A DNA stretch of 64,000 nt. Source: an uncultured delta proteobacterium (GTDB taxonomy: Bacteria > Desulfobacterota > Desulfobacteria > Desulfobacterales > JAFDCJ01). Positions 48,950 through 59,387 of this stretch are shown piece after piece; the first letter of the stretch is position 1; every line of letters begins with the position of its first letter. The stretch covers positions 160,001 to 224,000 of the forward strand of contig CAVYNY010000032.1 in the NCBI GenBank assembly GCA_963769935.1, in the 5' to 3' direction. Position numbers and translations under genes: made by a program. A model generated the notes under the pieces. That model had not been told where the DNA came from, did no database searches, and saw nothing but the letters and a program-made list of their open reading frames with translations.

Positions 48950-50000
48950 TGTCATGAGCTCTGAGCCGGCGTGCCAGCGCCAGCTTTTTCATTACCTCAT
49001 CGACGTTTATCCCGGCCATGCATTGCCGGCTGCGGACGGGACAGCGCATCTTGTAGCAGGGGGCGCAGTCGATTTCGCTTTTGACGACGAGTTCTTCACA
49101 GCCGAACGGGGCGGTCCGATCCGGAGACGTGGGGCCGAACAAAGTAACAAATGGCGTTCCGACCGCTGCGGCCACATGCCCCGGACCCGAGTCGGGTCCG
49201 ACCCCGACCGCAGCGGCTTTTAATACGGCGATCAGTTGCGGCAAAGATGTTCGGCCGACCAGGTCAATGACATCGGGCGTATTGATTTGCGTGGTCAGGG
49301 TGGCCGCCAGGGTGGTCTGGGAGTCGTCTCCCAGCAGCGCAACCTTTAAAGTGCCATCCGCCAGAATTTGCCGAATCAGGCTGAGGTAGCCCGCATAATG
49401 CCAGTTCTTGGCCTCCCAGGATGTGCCCAGGACGACGGCCGCAAAGGGTTGCTGCAATCCAGCGATCGCCCGCGGGGCCGTCCGGTCAGCGTTTAGCGAT
49501 GCCAGACCGAAATCAAGGGCGGCGGGAACCGGCAACCCCAGGTGCTCGGTAAACTTTAAGTAATGCCGGATTTTTGGCAGATCATCGCTGAAGCAGCCGA
49601 TATGCTCATTGTTAAATATCCAGTTGAACTCTTTGGCATTGCGGCGATGAAAACCGATGCGGCGTCCGGCGCCGGACAGCAGCGAAAAAAAACCGCTTTT
49701 CAATATGCGCTGCAGGTCGAGGGTGATATCGAAGTGCTCCCGCCTCAAATCATGATACAAATGCCGGACAGCCGACAACCGCCAGGCCCGCTTGAAAATG
49801 ATGACATTGTCGATCTGCTCGTGGAGTTGGACGAGTGCCGCCCAGCGGGACTCGACCAGCCAGGTAACCCGGCAGGCCGGCAGATTCTTTTTGATCTGGG
49901 CCACCAGACACAGCCCCCGTGCGATATCGCCCAGCGAGCCCGTCAAAATGATGAGGATGGAAGAATCGGATTTTATATGCAGGTTTGAAGGTTTGGTCAT
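48945..50000 (-). CDS. GT9 LPS heptosyltransferase (WaaC-like)
   Basis: SLGDI, TWLVE, LDLQRILKS, GPDSGPGHVAAAVG, LFGPTSP. Confidence 0.8.
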   Translation of the reverse strand: MTKPSNLHIKSDSSILIILTGSLGDIARGLCLVAQIKKNLPACRVTWLVESRWAALVQLHEQIDNVIIFKRAWRLSAVRHLYHDLRREHFDITLDLQRILKSGFFSLLSGAGRRIGFHRRNAKEFNWIFNNEHIGCFSDDLPKIRHYLKFTEHLGLPVPAALDFGLASLNADRTAPRAIAGLQQPFAAVVLGTSWEAKNWHYAGYLSLIRQILADGTLKVALLGDDSQTTLAATLTTQINTPDVIDLVGRTSLPQLIAVLKAAAVGVGPDSGPGHVAAAVGTPFVTLFGPTSPDRTAPFGCEELVVKSEIDCAPCYKMRCPVRSRQCMAGINVDEVMKKLALARRLRAHDT

Positions 50001-50701
50001 TTTTCAATTTTCGAGTTACAGTTCAGCTCTTCCTGCATCATCTGGGCGAGAAATTCGGGCAGACCGTGTTTGACAACCGCCCGCTGCCAGCGGGCGATAT
50101 AACGGCTTCTTAATTTTTCCCGCCGGCCGCGAATGATGCGTCCCTTGTCGAAATCCAGCAGATAAACCTGCCGGCGGTCGTCAATCACTACATTGCCGGG
50201 ATGCAAATCGACATGCAGGATGTTGTTTTGAATCAAAAGCGCAATTTGTTCAGCGGTGGCCCGCACGGCGGCGCGCGTTTTTTCTTTATCCTGCAGACTC
50301 AAACGGGCCAGGGACATCGGCTCCCTGATGGCGCGGGTTACCAGCCACGCCGCATAGAACAGTCGGCCGCGATAGGCGTAAGCGACGGGCTGCGGGACAT
50401 TTAGGCCTGCATAGCCGGCAAGGCTCAGCAGCTCAAATTCACGTTGGCCGCGGGTTTTTCCCATTCTAAGATATCGGCGTTTGATAAAATACCGCATCAG
50501 TCCGCCGCGCCGGTAATGCTTGATGATGACCGATCCGATTCCGTCCAGCTGTACCGGGGTAACAGGGGTCCTCCCGTCCAGGGTCGGTCCTTGAAGGGGG
50601 CCGGGCTGATGCATAAGGCCGGTGAGGGTCCGCAGCTGCGATTCGGTCAGGTTCAAAGAAAACCCGAAATGATGGGAGTCGACTGTTCGCGTTTGTATCA
50701 T
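49997..50701 (-). CDS. Kdo kinase-like LPS kinase (KdkA/InaA family)
   Basis: KHYRRGG, REFELL, VPQPVA, HVDLHPGN, LLDFDKG. Confidence 0.8.
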   Translation of the reverse strand: MIQTRTVDSHHFGFSLNLTESQLRTLTGLMHQPGPLQGPTLDGRTPVTPVQLDGIGSVIIKHYRRGGLMRYFIKRRYLRMGKTRGQREFELLSLAGYAGLNVPQPVAYAYRGRLFYAAWLVTRAIREPMSLARLSLQDKEKTRAAVRATAEQIALLIQNNILHVDLHPGNVVIDDRRQVYLLDFDKGRIIRGRREKLRSRYIARWQRAVVKHGLPEFLAQMMQEELNCNSKIEK

Positions 50702-50734
50702 AAAATTTCAAGCTTTAGGTGATCCTCGAACCCC

Positions 50735-51565
50735 TCAACCTGGGGCTTCATATCCCAATTGCTTCAGAAAATCGCCCAGCAGCCTGTTCAGCGTAATTTT
50801 ATCGGCATCCTGCATTTCCGTTTGCCATTTGAAATTGCGATTATTGATGCCGGTCGTGATCTTTTGCAGCCAATCCTCCTGCCAGACCAGATCGCATTTC
50901 ACACCGACCTGCTTAAATGTCTGCGCCGGCCGGGCAGCGAAATCTTCGTACCGCACTGCCAGGTACTGTTCACACGGCAGTTTTGCGGCCGATTGCAATA
51001 TCGCTTCCACCGTCATTTTCCACTGCAAGGCGCTTGCATCGATGAGCGGAAGCTTCAAAAGGTCCTGCCAACCGGCTGGTTTGACGCTCCAATAAGCTCC
51101 GGAATGCTCCAGCCGGGAGCGCATGATGGAATAGGCGGCCGCCCTGCCGTCTCTGATTATATGGATGAATATGGCGTCCGGGAAAATCTCTTTCAGGAAT
51201 TCAATCCGGACCGAGTTTCCGGGGCACTTGTTAACAAAGCGCGGCTTGTTGAAAATCCGCAGATTGTTCTGCAGAACCGTGTGGAGGTATGTACGCGCGG
51301 CGGCCGTGACATCGTCCCGGCCCAGGGACTCGTCATCCTGGCCTGCGAATTTCTGCCAGACGTTGTTGGCTTCCGTCGGACGATGATCGCTGCGAAACAG
51401 CATTATGATGCGGGTCAGCCAAAGCGAAGACGGAACTTTTTTGGTAATATTTGAAATCCAGGCTAAATCGGGATGTTTGGCAAATGTGCGGAAGAAAATG
51501 TTGGTGCCGCTGCGCGGTGCGCCGACAATGAATATTGGACGAACGACTTGCTCACGCATCGTCAT
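50735..51565 (-). CDS. Sulfotransferase
   Basis: PIFIVGAPRSGT 5'-PSB motif, FPDAIFIHIIRDGR, VRYED. Confidence 0.88.
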   Translation of the reverse strand: MTMREQVVRPIFIVGAPRSGTNIFFRTFAKHPDLAWISNITKKVPSSLWLTRIIMLFRSDHRPTEANNVWQKFAGQDDESLGRDDVTAAARTYLHTVLQNNLRIFNKPRFVNKCPGNSVRIEFLKEIFPDAIFIHIIRDGRAAAYSIMRSRLEHSGAYWSVKPAGWQDLLKLPLIDASALQWKMTVEAILQSAAKLPCEQYLAVRYEDFAARPAQTFKQVGVKCDLVWQEDWLQKITTGINNRNFKWQTEMQDADKITLNRLLGDFLKQLGYEAPG

Positions 51566-51677
51566 GCACCTCGATCTTCGGTTTTCGCCGGTGTAGCCGT
51601 CCTATTGTCATATCCTCTATTTATAGTTTACAAAATTCAGATTGAACTAATAATGCTTTCTTTTCCATGATTTCGCA

Positions 51678-51878
51678 TAAATTCCAAATCTCAAATTCCA
51701 AATTACAAATAAATCTCAAATCACAAAACTCAAATTCAAAACATACCATAGACGGCATTGAATCAAATCGATTCGGCTGTCTCTGATGAGCTTCGCTCGG
51801 CCAGAGTTCCGACCGAACAAACCACCTTGCGGCAATTCAAGACCTGTTTGGGTCATTGGAGCTTGGAATTCGGAGTTT
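51678..51878. repeat. Inverted-arm heptamer element (AAATTCC/AAATCTC family)
   Basis: aaattccaaatctcaaattccaaattacaaat...tgtttgggtcattggagcttggaatt; same family as 2274-2478. Confidence 0.75.
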
Positions 51879-51987
51879 TATGACATTTTTCGCAGATCTT
51901 TGCAAGAGATGCGTACCGGCCCGGCATCGGTTTAATAGTCCTTGCCTGCTAGGTAAGATTTTGTTAATTTTGAGATAACTTTTAGAT

Positions 51988-52143
51988 TCTTAATTGTGAT
52001 TTCTTCGTATTTTATGCAAAAATATTTTTATCACGAAAACACGAAATCTTGAAAACACGAAATTTATCTTCTTTACTTTTCGTGTTTTCGTCCCTTCGAG
52101 CTTTCGTGATTAATTTCTTTTTTGGTTCCGGCTTGTCCGGGTT
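51988..52143. repeat. Dispersed MITE-like repeat, inverted copy of 32560-32745
   Basis: ...ttcgtgattaat...ggttccggcttgtccgggtt. Confidence 0.8.
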
Positions 52144-52185
52144 GGGGTTCAGAGGATAAAAAAAGAGAATTTACCAGGCGGACAA

Positions 52186-53706
52186 GTGGATAAGGCATCG
52201 AACAAAACCTGTTTAAAGAGCGATCTGGCCCAGGAACTCGCCGATTTTAGAATTACGGCCAGCCCTTTGAATTTGGGGTTTAATTTTGAAGATCTGCTGT
52301 CCGCAGTGAACGACTGCAGGATTGTCAAAGTAAACAACCGGCGTCAGGTGTATCATCTTCAGACCGCCGCCGGCGGCTACTTTCTCAAGCACAGCTCGCT
52401 GGTCAGAAGGAAAGATCGTTTACGTCATTTTCTTCTGCCGCGTCGGCGCTGGGCCGAATGGCGCAATCTCCACCGCTTGCGGCATGCCCAAATACCGGCG
52501 GCCAGGCCGGTGGCCCGGGGGCGGTCGAAAAATTGGCCGAGCCAAGCCTTTTTCGTATTGACCGAAGAGGTGCCGGGGACCCATATGGCATTCAACTCCC
52601 CCCAGGATGCGCGAAGCCTCGGCCGGTATGCGGCATTATTGCATCGGCGCAGAGTTTATCAAGCTGATTTTAATCGGAAAAATTTCATCTTGACCCCCAC
52701 CGGCACGCTTAGCCTTCTGGATGCTCAGGAGGTTTATTTTCTGCCCTGGATGCCGCACCGGCTGAGGATCAACAATATCGGGCGGATAATTTTTAACCTC
52801 TGCTCCCTGGATGATCCTGAAGCGTGGGTGGTAGAATTTTTAGAGGGGTACAACAGGGACCTTTCGAAAAAGGTGACGGTTTCGGAAGTGATCGAAGCGG
52901 CCCGGCGCCATCAACATCGTCGCTACCGTTCGCGGTCAAAACGCAGTTGTAAAGACAGCACCGAGTTCGAAATTTTAAAAAACCGACATCTGCGCGGTTA
53001 TAAGCGCAGAGATTTTAAGTGGGGCGCCCATGAATTACAGCAGGCCGAAGAAAAAGGAAAATCCCTCAAAGGAACCCATGTTATTTGTTATCAGGGAGTA
53101 TGCCTGAAAAAACACCGCCGAAAACTTTTTCACCAAAATCGCTGCCTGGCCAGCTGGAAAATGTCGCGCGCCCTTGAGGTGCGGGGTATTCCCGTACCCC
53201 GCCCGCTGGGCTATTTTGAAAGGGAAAGTCAACGCTACTATTTGGCGGAACTGCTGGATGAGAGGCTCCACCTGAATGCCTATTTGTCGGCGATTCACGA
53301 TAAAAAAGTTAAACGGCAAGCGCTTAAAAAGCTTGCTTTGTGGCTGAGAACGTTCCATGACACCGATGTGTGGCAGCGAGATTTTAAATCCAGCAACATT
53401 TTGTGCCGGGATTCGGATTATTTTATGGTTGATCTGGACGGAGTCAGAATCCGGCGCCTGAGTGAACAAAATAAAATCTACAATCTGGCCCAGCTCAATG
53501 CTTCCATTGGCAACGCAATCTCCATCAAAGACCGGCTGCGCTTTTACCACTATTATTCAGCAGATTTTCAACCGTCCCGGCAGCAGCGGCGAGCGGTTTA
53601 TCGCAAAGTGTGGGATATTACCAAAACCAAGAATACTAAAATATACGACCTGGATTTTGCTGAACTGATAGAAACTCAGATCAAGGCGGGACCGCACAAA
53701 AAATAA
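52186..53706 (+). CDS. LPS kinase (InaA/WaaP family) with two tandem kinase-like domains
   Basis: Domain 1 AEWRNL..IPAARP..QADFNRKN..LLD; domain 2 GIPVPRPL..QRDFKSSN..VDLD..NLAQLN. Confidence 0.75.
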   Translation: MDKASNKTCLKSDLAQELADFRITASPLNLGFNFEDLLSAVNDCRIVKVNNRRQVYHLQTAAGGYFLKHSSLVRRKDRLRHFLLPRRRWAEWRNLHRLRHAQIPAARPVARGRSKNWPSQAFFVLTEEVPGTHMAFNSPQDARSLGRYAALLHRRRVYQADFNRKNFILTPTGTLSLLDAQEVYFLPWMPHRLRINNIGRIIFNLCSLDDPEAWVVEFLEGYNRDLSKKVTVSEVIEAARRHQHRRYRSRSKRSCKDSTEFEILKNRHLRGYKRRDFKWGAHELQQAEEKGKSLKGTHVICYQGVCLKKHRRKLFHQNRCLASWKMSRALEVRGIPVPRPLGYFERESQRYYLAELLDERLHLNAYLSAIHDKKVKRQALKKLALWLRTFHDTDVWQRDFKSSNILCRDSDYFMVDLDGVRIRRLSEQNKIYNLAQLNASIGNAISIKDRLRFYHYYSADFQPSRQQRRAVYRKVWDITKTKNTKIYDLDFAELIETQIKAGPHKK

Positions 53707-53711
53707 AGAAT

Positions 53712-54710
53712 ATGAAATCGGTTAGCATTATCATTCCCAACTGGAACGGGGCCGATCTGCTGCACGCCTACCTGCCGTCCGTATTGGAGGCGCAAGCCAA
53801 ATATCGCGGAAAGGTTGAGGTCATCGTGGTCGATGATGCCAGTACGGACGCCTCCGTTAAATTGCTGCAGGAAGAATTCCCGGGCATCAAGGCCATTGTC
53901 CACCAGCATAACCGGGGATTCGGCCAGGCGTGTTGGTCCGGAGCCCAGGCTGCTCGGCATCCGATTTTAATCTTTCTAAATTCGGATGTCAAAGTAGCCC
54001 CGGATTTTGTCACTCCCCTCGTGGATTGTTTGCAAGACGCGACGGCTTTTGCTGCATCGCCGCTCGTTTTTGACGACAAAGGCAACCTCAGCAATGTGAC
54101 CATCAGCATTCCTTATTTTCGGCGGGGCAAGATTCGATATAAATCTTTTCCACCCCGGCAACTGCTGCATAATGTCTCGACCCTGCCGAATCCCTGGTAT
54201 ACTTTATTTCCCATCGGGGCCGCCTTTGCTGTTGATCGGGCTCGTTTTTTAGAGTTGCAGGGTTTTGATGATTTGTTCAGCCCGTTTTATTACGAAGATA
54301 CGGATCTTGGATTTCGTGCCTGGCGACGCGGCTGGAAATGCATCGTGGTGCCTCAAGCCCGGGTAACCCATTACCATGCCGGCACCATAGCGCGTTCGTT
54401 CAAGCGGCTTAGAGTCCGTGCAGTTCGCAAGCGCAACCGGCTTTTCTACCTGTGGAAAAATCTTACAACCGACCGGCTCTTGCGGCAGCATCTTTTATTT
54501 CAACTATTGCGAATTTGCTATCGGCCCTTTTGTTTTGATTGGATGATTCTCGTGGCAACGGTGCTAGCCATTCCAAGATTCGGCCTGGCCATGCGAAGGC
54601 GTCGTGCAGAACAGAATTGTTCCGTCAATTCCGAGGAAAAAATATTTCAGATTATCAGTTCGGCCAACCAGGCGAACCGGCGGGTGATCGAAGAATCGAC
54701 TATGAAATAA
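53712..54710 (+). CDS. GT2 glycosyltransferase
   Basis: SIIIPNWNG, VVDDASTD, LNSD, YYEDTDLG. Confidence 0.9.
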   Translation: MKSVSIIIPNWNGADLLHAYLPSVLEAQAKYRGKVEVIVVDDASTDASVKLLQEEFPGIKAIVHQHNRGFGQACWSGAQAARHPILIFLNSDVKVAPDFVTPLVDCLQDATAFAASPLVFDDKGNLSNVTISIPYFRRGKIRYKSFPPRQLLHNVSTLPNPWYTLFPIGAAFAVDRARFLELQGFDDLFSPFYYEDTDLGFRAWRRGWKCIVVPQARVTHYHAGTIARSFKRLRVRAVRKRNRLFYLWKNLTTDRLLRQHLLFQLLRICYRPFCFDWMILVATVLAIPRFGLAMRRRRAEQNCSVNSEEKIFQIISSANQANRRVIEESTMK

Positions 54711-54845
54711 AAAATGAAAAAGTGCGCAGCACACGGTATTTAAGCCGCCGGCGCTGCGATCAAGTGAGTTTCTCCAGTTTTCAAAGAAAAATTTGCAGCC
54801 TTGAATGTGTTATATTTCAGGGCGGATTAATTAAGGGATAAAGGT

Positions 54846-55805
54846 TTGAGAGTATTTATCATAGCCAAATCCAAGCGACACACCCGGATTTATTATTATT
54901 TCAAAAAGGCCTTTCAACGGCAGGGACACCAGGCAAGCTGGATCAAGTATCTGAAACTGAAATCATATCTGGGAGAGCGGGCCGCCACGGCTTTCGTCGA
55001 TAGGCTGATGTTCATATCCAGACCGGACCTGCTGTTTTTTCACGGCCGTGATATCTCCTATGAACTGCTGCTGCGGGCTAAAAAGCGAATGCCGGTTGTG
55101 ATGTACTATGATGATTGCATAAAAGGCTCAAGCCGCAGTTTTGAAGAAGTCATAAAGCAGGGGCGGCAAGCCGATATCATGTACCTGACGAACCGGGGAG
55201 AAGTCGCACAGTACCGGCAACGGGGCGTCAATGCCCGGTTTATTACCGGCGGCTGCGATCCGGCGGCGCATCGAATGATCGACTGCCCGGATAAATCCTA
55301 TCAAAGCGAGGTGGCATTCATCGGAAGACCCAACACCCCTGAACGCGTAGAGTGCATGCAGGCGGTGGCCAAAAAATTTGATTTAAAGCTGTGGGGGGCG
55401 GGCTGGGAAAAATATGGACTGAGCGCCGCGGCCCCGGATGTTTACGCAGCGGAATATCGGAAAATTTGTGCCGGGGCCAAGATCGTGCTCGGCTGGAATA
55501 TTGACGCCGCCGTAGAGCTTTATTTTTCAAACAGGACTTGGTACACTCTGGGGTGCGGCGGTTTTCTGTTGACCGCCTATTGTCCGTGCCTTGAGGAGCT
55601 GTTCGGACGGGGCCGAGAGTTGGATTGGTTTGAGAGCCCGGATGAGTGCTGTACCAAGATCGCTTACTATCTGGCACATGATGACGAACGGCAAAAAATT
55701 GCGGCGGCGGGTTATCGGTTGGCGCATAGCGAATATAGTTATGATAAGATGGTGGAGCGGATTGTTGGAGAGGTGCAGGAAGAGGGGCTGATGCATAAGG
55801 CATAA
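54846..55805 (+). CDS. CgeB/Glyco_trans_1_2-type glycosyltransferase
   Basis: VAFIG, LWGAGW, SNRTW..GCGGFLLT, YYLAHDDERQKIA..G. Confidence 0.78.
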   Translation: MRVFIIAKSKRHTRIYYYFKKAFQRQGHQASWIKYLKLKSYLGERAATAFVDRLMFISRPDLLFFHGRDISYELLLRAKKRMPVVMYYDDCIKGSSRSFEEVIKQGRQADIMYLTNRGEVAQYRQRGVNARFITGGCDPAAHRMIDCPDKSYQSEVAFIGRPNTPERVECMQAVAKKFDLKLWGAGWEKYGLSAAAPDVYAAEYRKICAGAKIVLGWNIDAAVELYFSNRTWYTLGCGGFLLTAYCPCLEELFGRGRELDWFESPDECCTKIAYYLAHDDERQKIAAAGYRLAHSEYSYDKMVERIVGEVQEEGLMHKA

Positions 55806-56217
55806 GGCGCACGACTGACGGTGCAGGGAATCGATGTCGGAGGTTGGAGGCGGGGCCTTCGGTCGGGAGAGGTTAGAGGTTGGAGGCAAAAGGTGGGCGC
55901 TGGCGCGCCAGTTCATAGCTCATAGCTGATAGGTTAGAGGATAAAGGCTAAAGGCTAAAGGTTAGAGGAAAAAGGCGCACGACTGACGGTGCAGGGAATC
56001 GATGTCGGAGGTTGGAGGATAGAGATAGGCGGCACCATCTCGATATCCCCGTTTCTCCGTTTCCCCGTTTTCCAGCCTTCAAGCCTCCCAGCTTCTGTCC
56101 TCTGACACCTGAAACCTATAACTGCTGCAGCATCGAGCGCCAGCAACTTCAAGATAGAATCCGATAACTATCATCCAGTAATCAGTGTCCAGAATCGAGT
56201 ATCCAGAAACCAGCAAT
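55794..56217. repeat. Modular repeat array between LPS genes
   Basis: Two copies of GCGCACGACTGACGGTGCAGGGAATCGATGTCGGAGGTTGGAGG plus GCTCATA, AAAGGCT, GTTTCTCC, TGACACC and ATCCAG runs. Confidence 0.85.
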
Positions 56218-56224
56218 CGGTAAA

Positions 56225-57328
56225 ATGAAAATCCTGCACATCAACACCGAGCGCACCTGGCGGGGCGGGGAGCAGCAGACCTTGTATCTGCTGGAAGGCC
56301 TCAAGGCCCGCGCCATAGCCTGCCACCTGGTCTGCCAAGCCGGATCGCCGCTGCAGGAAAGGGCCGACGAAGCCGGTATCGATGTGTTTCCGGTTGTGAT
56401 GCGCGGGGAGGCTGATTTGTTTGCCGGCATGCGCATCCGCCGGCTGATCAAAAAATATAGCTATTCTATCATTCATTCCCACACCTCGCATGCCCATACG
56501 ATTGCCTATCTGGCCTCGGTCGGCACCGCAGTCCGGCGCCTGGTCACCCGGCGGGTGGATTTTTCCATTTTTCGCAGCAGTTTTCTGCACTTGAGCGGTT
56601 TCAAGTACCGCTTTATGGCCGATGACTACATCGCAATCTCCAACAGGATCAAGGCGGTGCTGGTCAATGACGGCATTTCGGATCGGCGTATTTTTGTGGT
56701 GCACAGCGGCGTCGATCCGGAAAGATTCCGGCAGGCAAGCGGCGACCATCTGCGGTCTGAATTCGATATCAAAGACCACGAGAAGATCGTCATCAATGTT
56801 GCGCACCTGGCGGGTCATAAGGGTCAAAAGTATCTCATACGGGCGATTCCGTATGTTCTGACGAAAATGCCCAATACCCGGTTTTTCATTGTCGGACGGG
56901 GCGAGTTGATGGAAGAGCTGCAAGCGCTGGCTTCCTCCCTGGGGCTGAAAGGGCAACTCGTATTCACCGGCTTTCGCGGCGATGTGGGGGACTTTTATAA
57001 AATCGCCGATCTATACGTGATGAGCAGTGTTGAAGAAGGCCTTGGCACCGCGGTTCTGGATGCCATGGCTGCCGGCAAACCCGTCGTGGCAACCACGGCG
57101 GGAGGCCTGCCGGAAATCGTGTGTGACGGAAAAACCGGCCGGCTGGTTGCGCCGGCCGATCCGGCGGCGCTGGCCGAGGGAATGCTCGATTTGTTGACCC
57201 GCCCCGAGCTGGCCGACGCGATGGCCGCCGAGGCCCGGGCCAAAGTGCGGCAATGTTTTTCCATTCAGGCCATGGTTGATAAAAACATCGAAGTATATAG
57301 AAAAATCCTGGCAACAGATGATGATTGA
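56225..57328 (+). CDS. GT4 glycosyltransferase
   Basis: WRGGEQQ, HSGVD, HKGQ, SVEEGLGTAVLDAMA. Confidence 0.9.
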   Translation: MKILHINTERTWRGGEQQTLYLLEGLKARAIACHLVCQAGSPLQERADEAGIDVFPVVMRGEADLFAGMRIRRLIKKYSYSIIHSHTSHAHTIAYLASVGTAVRRLVTRRVDFSIFRSSFLHLSGFKYRFMADDYIAISNRIKAVLVNDGISDRRIFVVHSGVDPERFRQASGDHLRSEFDIKDHEKIVINVAHLAGHKGQKYLIRAIPYVLTKMPNTRFFIVGRGELMEELQALASSLGLKGQLVFTGFRGDVGDFYKIADLYVMSSVEEGLGTAVLDAMAAGKPVVATTAGGLPEIVCDGKTGRLVAPADPAALAEGMLDLLTRPELADAMAAEARAKVRQCFSIQAMVDKNIEVYRKILATDDD

Positions 57329-58091
57329 CTCCGTAAAAATTTCAGCAGTTGTCATTACCCTTAACGAAGAAAAAAACATCGGCCGCTGTCTTGACTCCGT
57401 CAGGCAGGTTGCAGATGAAATCGTCGTGGTGGACTCTTATTCAACGGATCAAACCCGGGATATTTGCAGCGGCAGGGGCGTGCATTTTATGCAGCACGCT
57501 TTCGAGGGGCATATCGAGCAGAAGAACTACGCCGCTTCCTGCGCCGGTCATGATCGGGTTTTATCGCTGGACGCCGATGAGGCCCTGTCGGAAGAATTGG
57601 TGCAATCCATTTTATCTGTGAAACATAATTGGCAGCACGATGGATATTCCTGCAACCGGTTGACGAACTATTGCGGCCAGTGGATTCGACACAGCGGCTG
57701 GTATCCGGATACCAAGCTGCGGTTGTGGGACCGACGAAAGGGGCAATGGGGCGGGATTAATCCCCATGATAGGATCCTGATGGACGGCGGCAGCCGCGTG
57801 GCCCACCTTGACGGCGACTTGTATCATTATTCCTATCCCACCATCCGGGATCATATCGAGACGATCAACAACTTTTCTGAAATTGCTGCACGGGCAGCCC
57901 ACACTGACGGCAGACATGCCAACCTGGTGCTGGATATTGTCCTGAACCCGCTGCTGACCTTTTTCAAGAAATATTTTTTGAAATTGGGAATTTTGGACGG
58001 GTATCCGGGATTTGTGATTGCGGTCCACACGGCCTACGGCAAATTTCTCAAATACAGCAAATTGAGGGAATTAAATAAAAAAAACGGATAA
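57318..58091 (+). CDS. GT2 LPS core glycosyltransferase (WaaE/KdtX-like)
   Basis: ISAVVITLNEE, VDSYSTD, QKN, LDADE, GWYPD, GILDG. Confidence 0.85.
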   Translation: MMIDSVKISAVVITLNEEKNIGRCLDSVRQVADEIVVVDSYSTDQTRDICSGRGVHFMQHAFEGHIEQKNYAASCAGHDRVLSLDADEALSEELVQSILSVKHNWQHDGYSCNRLTNYCGQWIRHSGWYPDTKLRLWDRRKGQWGGINPHDRILMDGGSRVAHLDGDLYHYSYPTIRDHIETINNFSEIAARAAHTDGRHANLVLDIVLNPLLTFFKKYFLKLGILDGYPGFVIAVHTAYGKFLKYSKLRELNKKNG

Positions 58092-58097
58092 TCGTAT

Positions 58098-59387
58098 TTA
58101 GCCACTTTTCTCAAACAGGACCGATTCAATAAAACGGCAGGCTTGAGCTGTACCGCCGCGGCGGGCTGTGATAAAGCGCAGCGCTGCGGCGATTATTCTA
58201 TCGCGGGACGGTGCGCTGTCTAAATCCTTTAAAATGAGAGCGGCAACCTCCTGCCAATCGCCGGCAATCCTGAGCAAACCGGAATCAATGATCTCCCGGC
58301 CGACCCAGGCAAAATTTTCCCACGATGGGCCGCTGACCGGAATGATCCCGCTCACCAGCGCTTCTAAAAAATTCTGGCCGCCAAGCGGCGCCAGGCTGCC
58401 GCCCACGAAGGCGGATTGTGCCAGGCGGTAGGCCGACATCAGCTCCCCGAAGCTGTCCCAAATAATAACATTGCCGGCCGGTACCGGTTGGGAAGCTGTT
58501 GATCGCAAAGACCATTTGACTTGCATGTGAGTTAACGCATCCTGCCAGAATTCTATACGTTGGATGTGGCGCGGGAATAAGCCGATGACCGTCTTCGGCC
58601 GCCGGTCCAAAACTTCATGAATGATTTTTTTGACCTGTGATTCTTCCTCACGTCTGACCGAGGCCAGAACGACAAATGCGACGCCGGCCGGCACCATCGC
58701 CTTAATTTCTTTTTCATTAGCTTCGTTTGCATTCGGCGGAGTGATTCGATCATATTTTATGTTGGCCATAACCTCAATCCCGTTCGGTCCGAAGAGTTGT
58801 CTGAACCGTTCGGCATCACCTGCCGATATTGCCAGAATTTTATCCGGCCGAAGGGCCTGCCAGATTGACGGCCAGAGAAGATATCTTTGAAGGCTCCGGG
58901 GGGTGATCCGGCCGTTGATGATCGCTATCTGACAGCCCTGCGTCTTTAGGGCGCGCAATAGGCCGGGCCAGATTTCCGTTTCCATGAGCACCATCAGCTT
59001 GGGCCTGATGCCGGCCACCGCCGTTGCCATAATTGCCGGTTGATCGAAAGGAAAGAAGCGCACGTCGGCCTGAATCCGCTTTTTGTTTTTGATCAGCCTG
59101 AGGCATCCGTCGGTGAGGATTTCAATACCCTGGCGGGTGTTGGAAGTCAGCAAAACACGAAGGGGGAATTTCGTTTCGAGAGTTCTTATCACCTCCTGAG
59201 CCAAATAGGATTCCCCGACCGAAGCCGCCTGGATCCAGAGATCGGCCGTTTGCGGTGGACGGCCTCGCAATGTGCGCTCCTGATAACCTGCGGCGAGACG
59301 ATGATGGAACCTGAGCCACGGCAGGGCGATACGCCAAGCCAGGTTGTAAACCCCGAAGGCGGTTTTTGGGATGAGGTTTGTCGGCAT
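58098..59387 (-). CDS. waaA: Kdo transferase
   Basis: WIQAASVGE, PFD, ETEIWP, NGRI, NIKYD, PRH, DSFGEL, FVGGSL, GGQNFLE. Confidence 0.9.
   Translation of the reverse strand: MPTNLIPKTAFGVYNLAWRIALPWLRFHHRLAAGYQERTLRGRPPQTADLWIQAASVGESYLAQEVIRTLETKFPLRVLLTSNTRQGIEILTDGCLRLIKNKKRIQADVRFFPFDQPAIMATAVAGIRPKLMVLMETEIWPGLLRALKTQGCQIAIINGRITPRSLQRYLLWPSIWQALRPDKILAISAGDAERFRQLFGPNGIEVMANIKYDRITPPNANEANEKEIKAMVPAGVAFVVLASVRREEESQVKKIIHEVLDRRPKTVIGLFPRHIQRIEFWQDALTHMQVKWSLRSTASQPVPAGNVIIWDSFGELMSAYRLAQSAFVGGSLAPLGGQNFLEALVSGIIPVSGPSWENFAWVGREIIDSGLLRIAGDWQEVAALILKDLDSAPSRDRIIAAALRFITARRGGTAQACRFIESVLFEKSG

Noticed and set aside
51783..51810. Hammerhead ribozyme core CTGATGAG
   Set aside because: No GAAA after the putative stem II and no supporting stems
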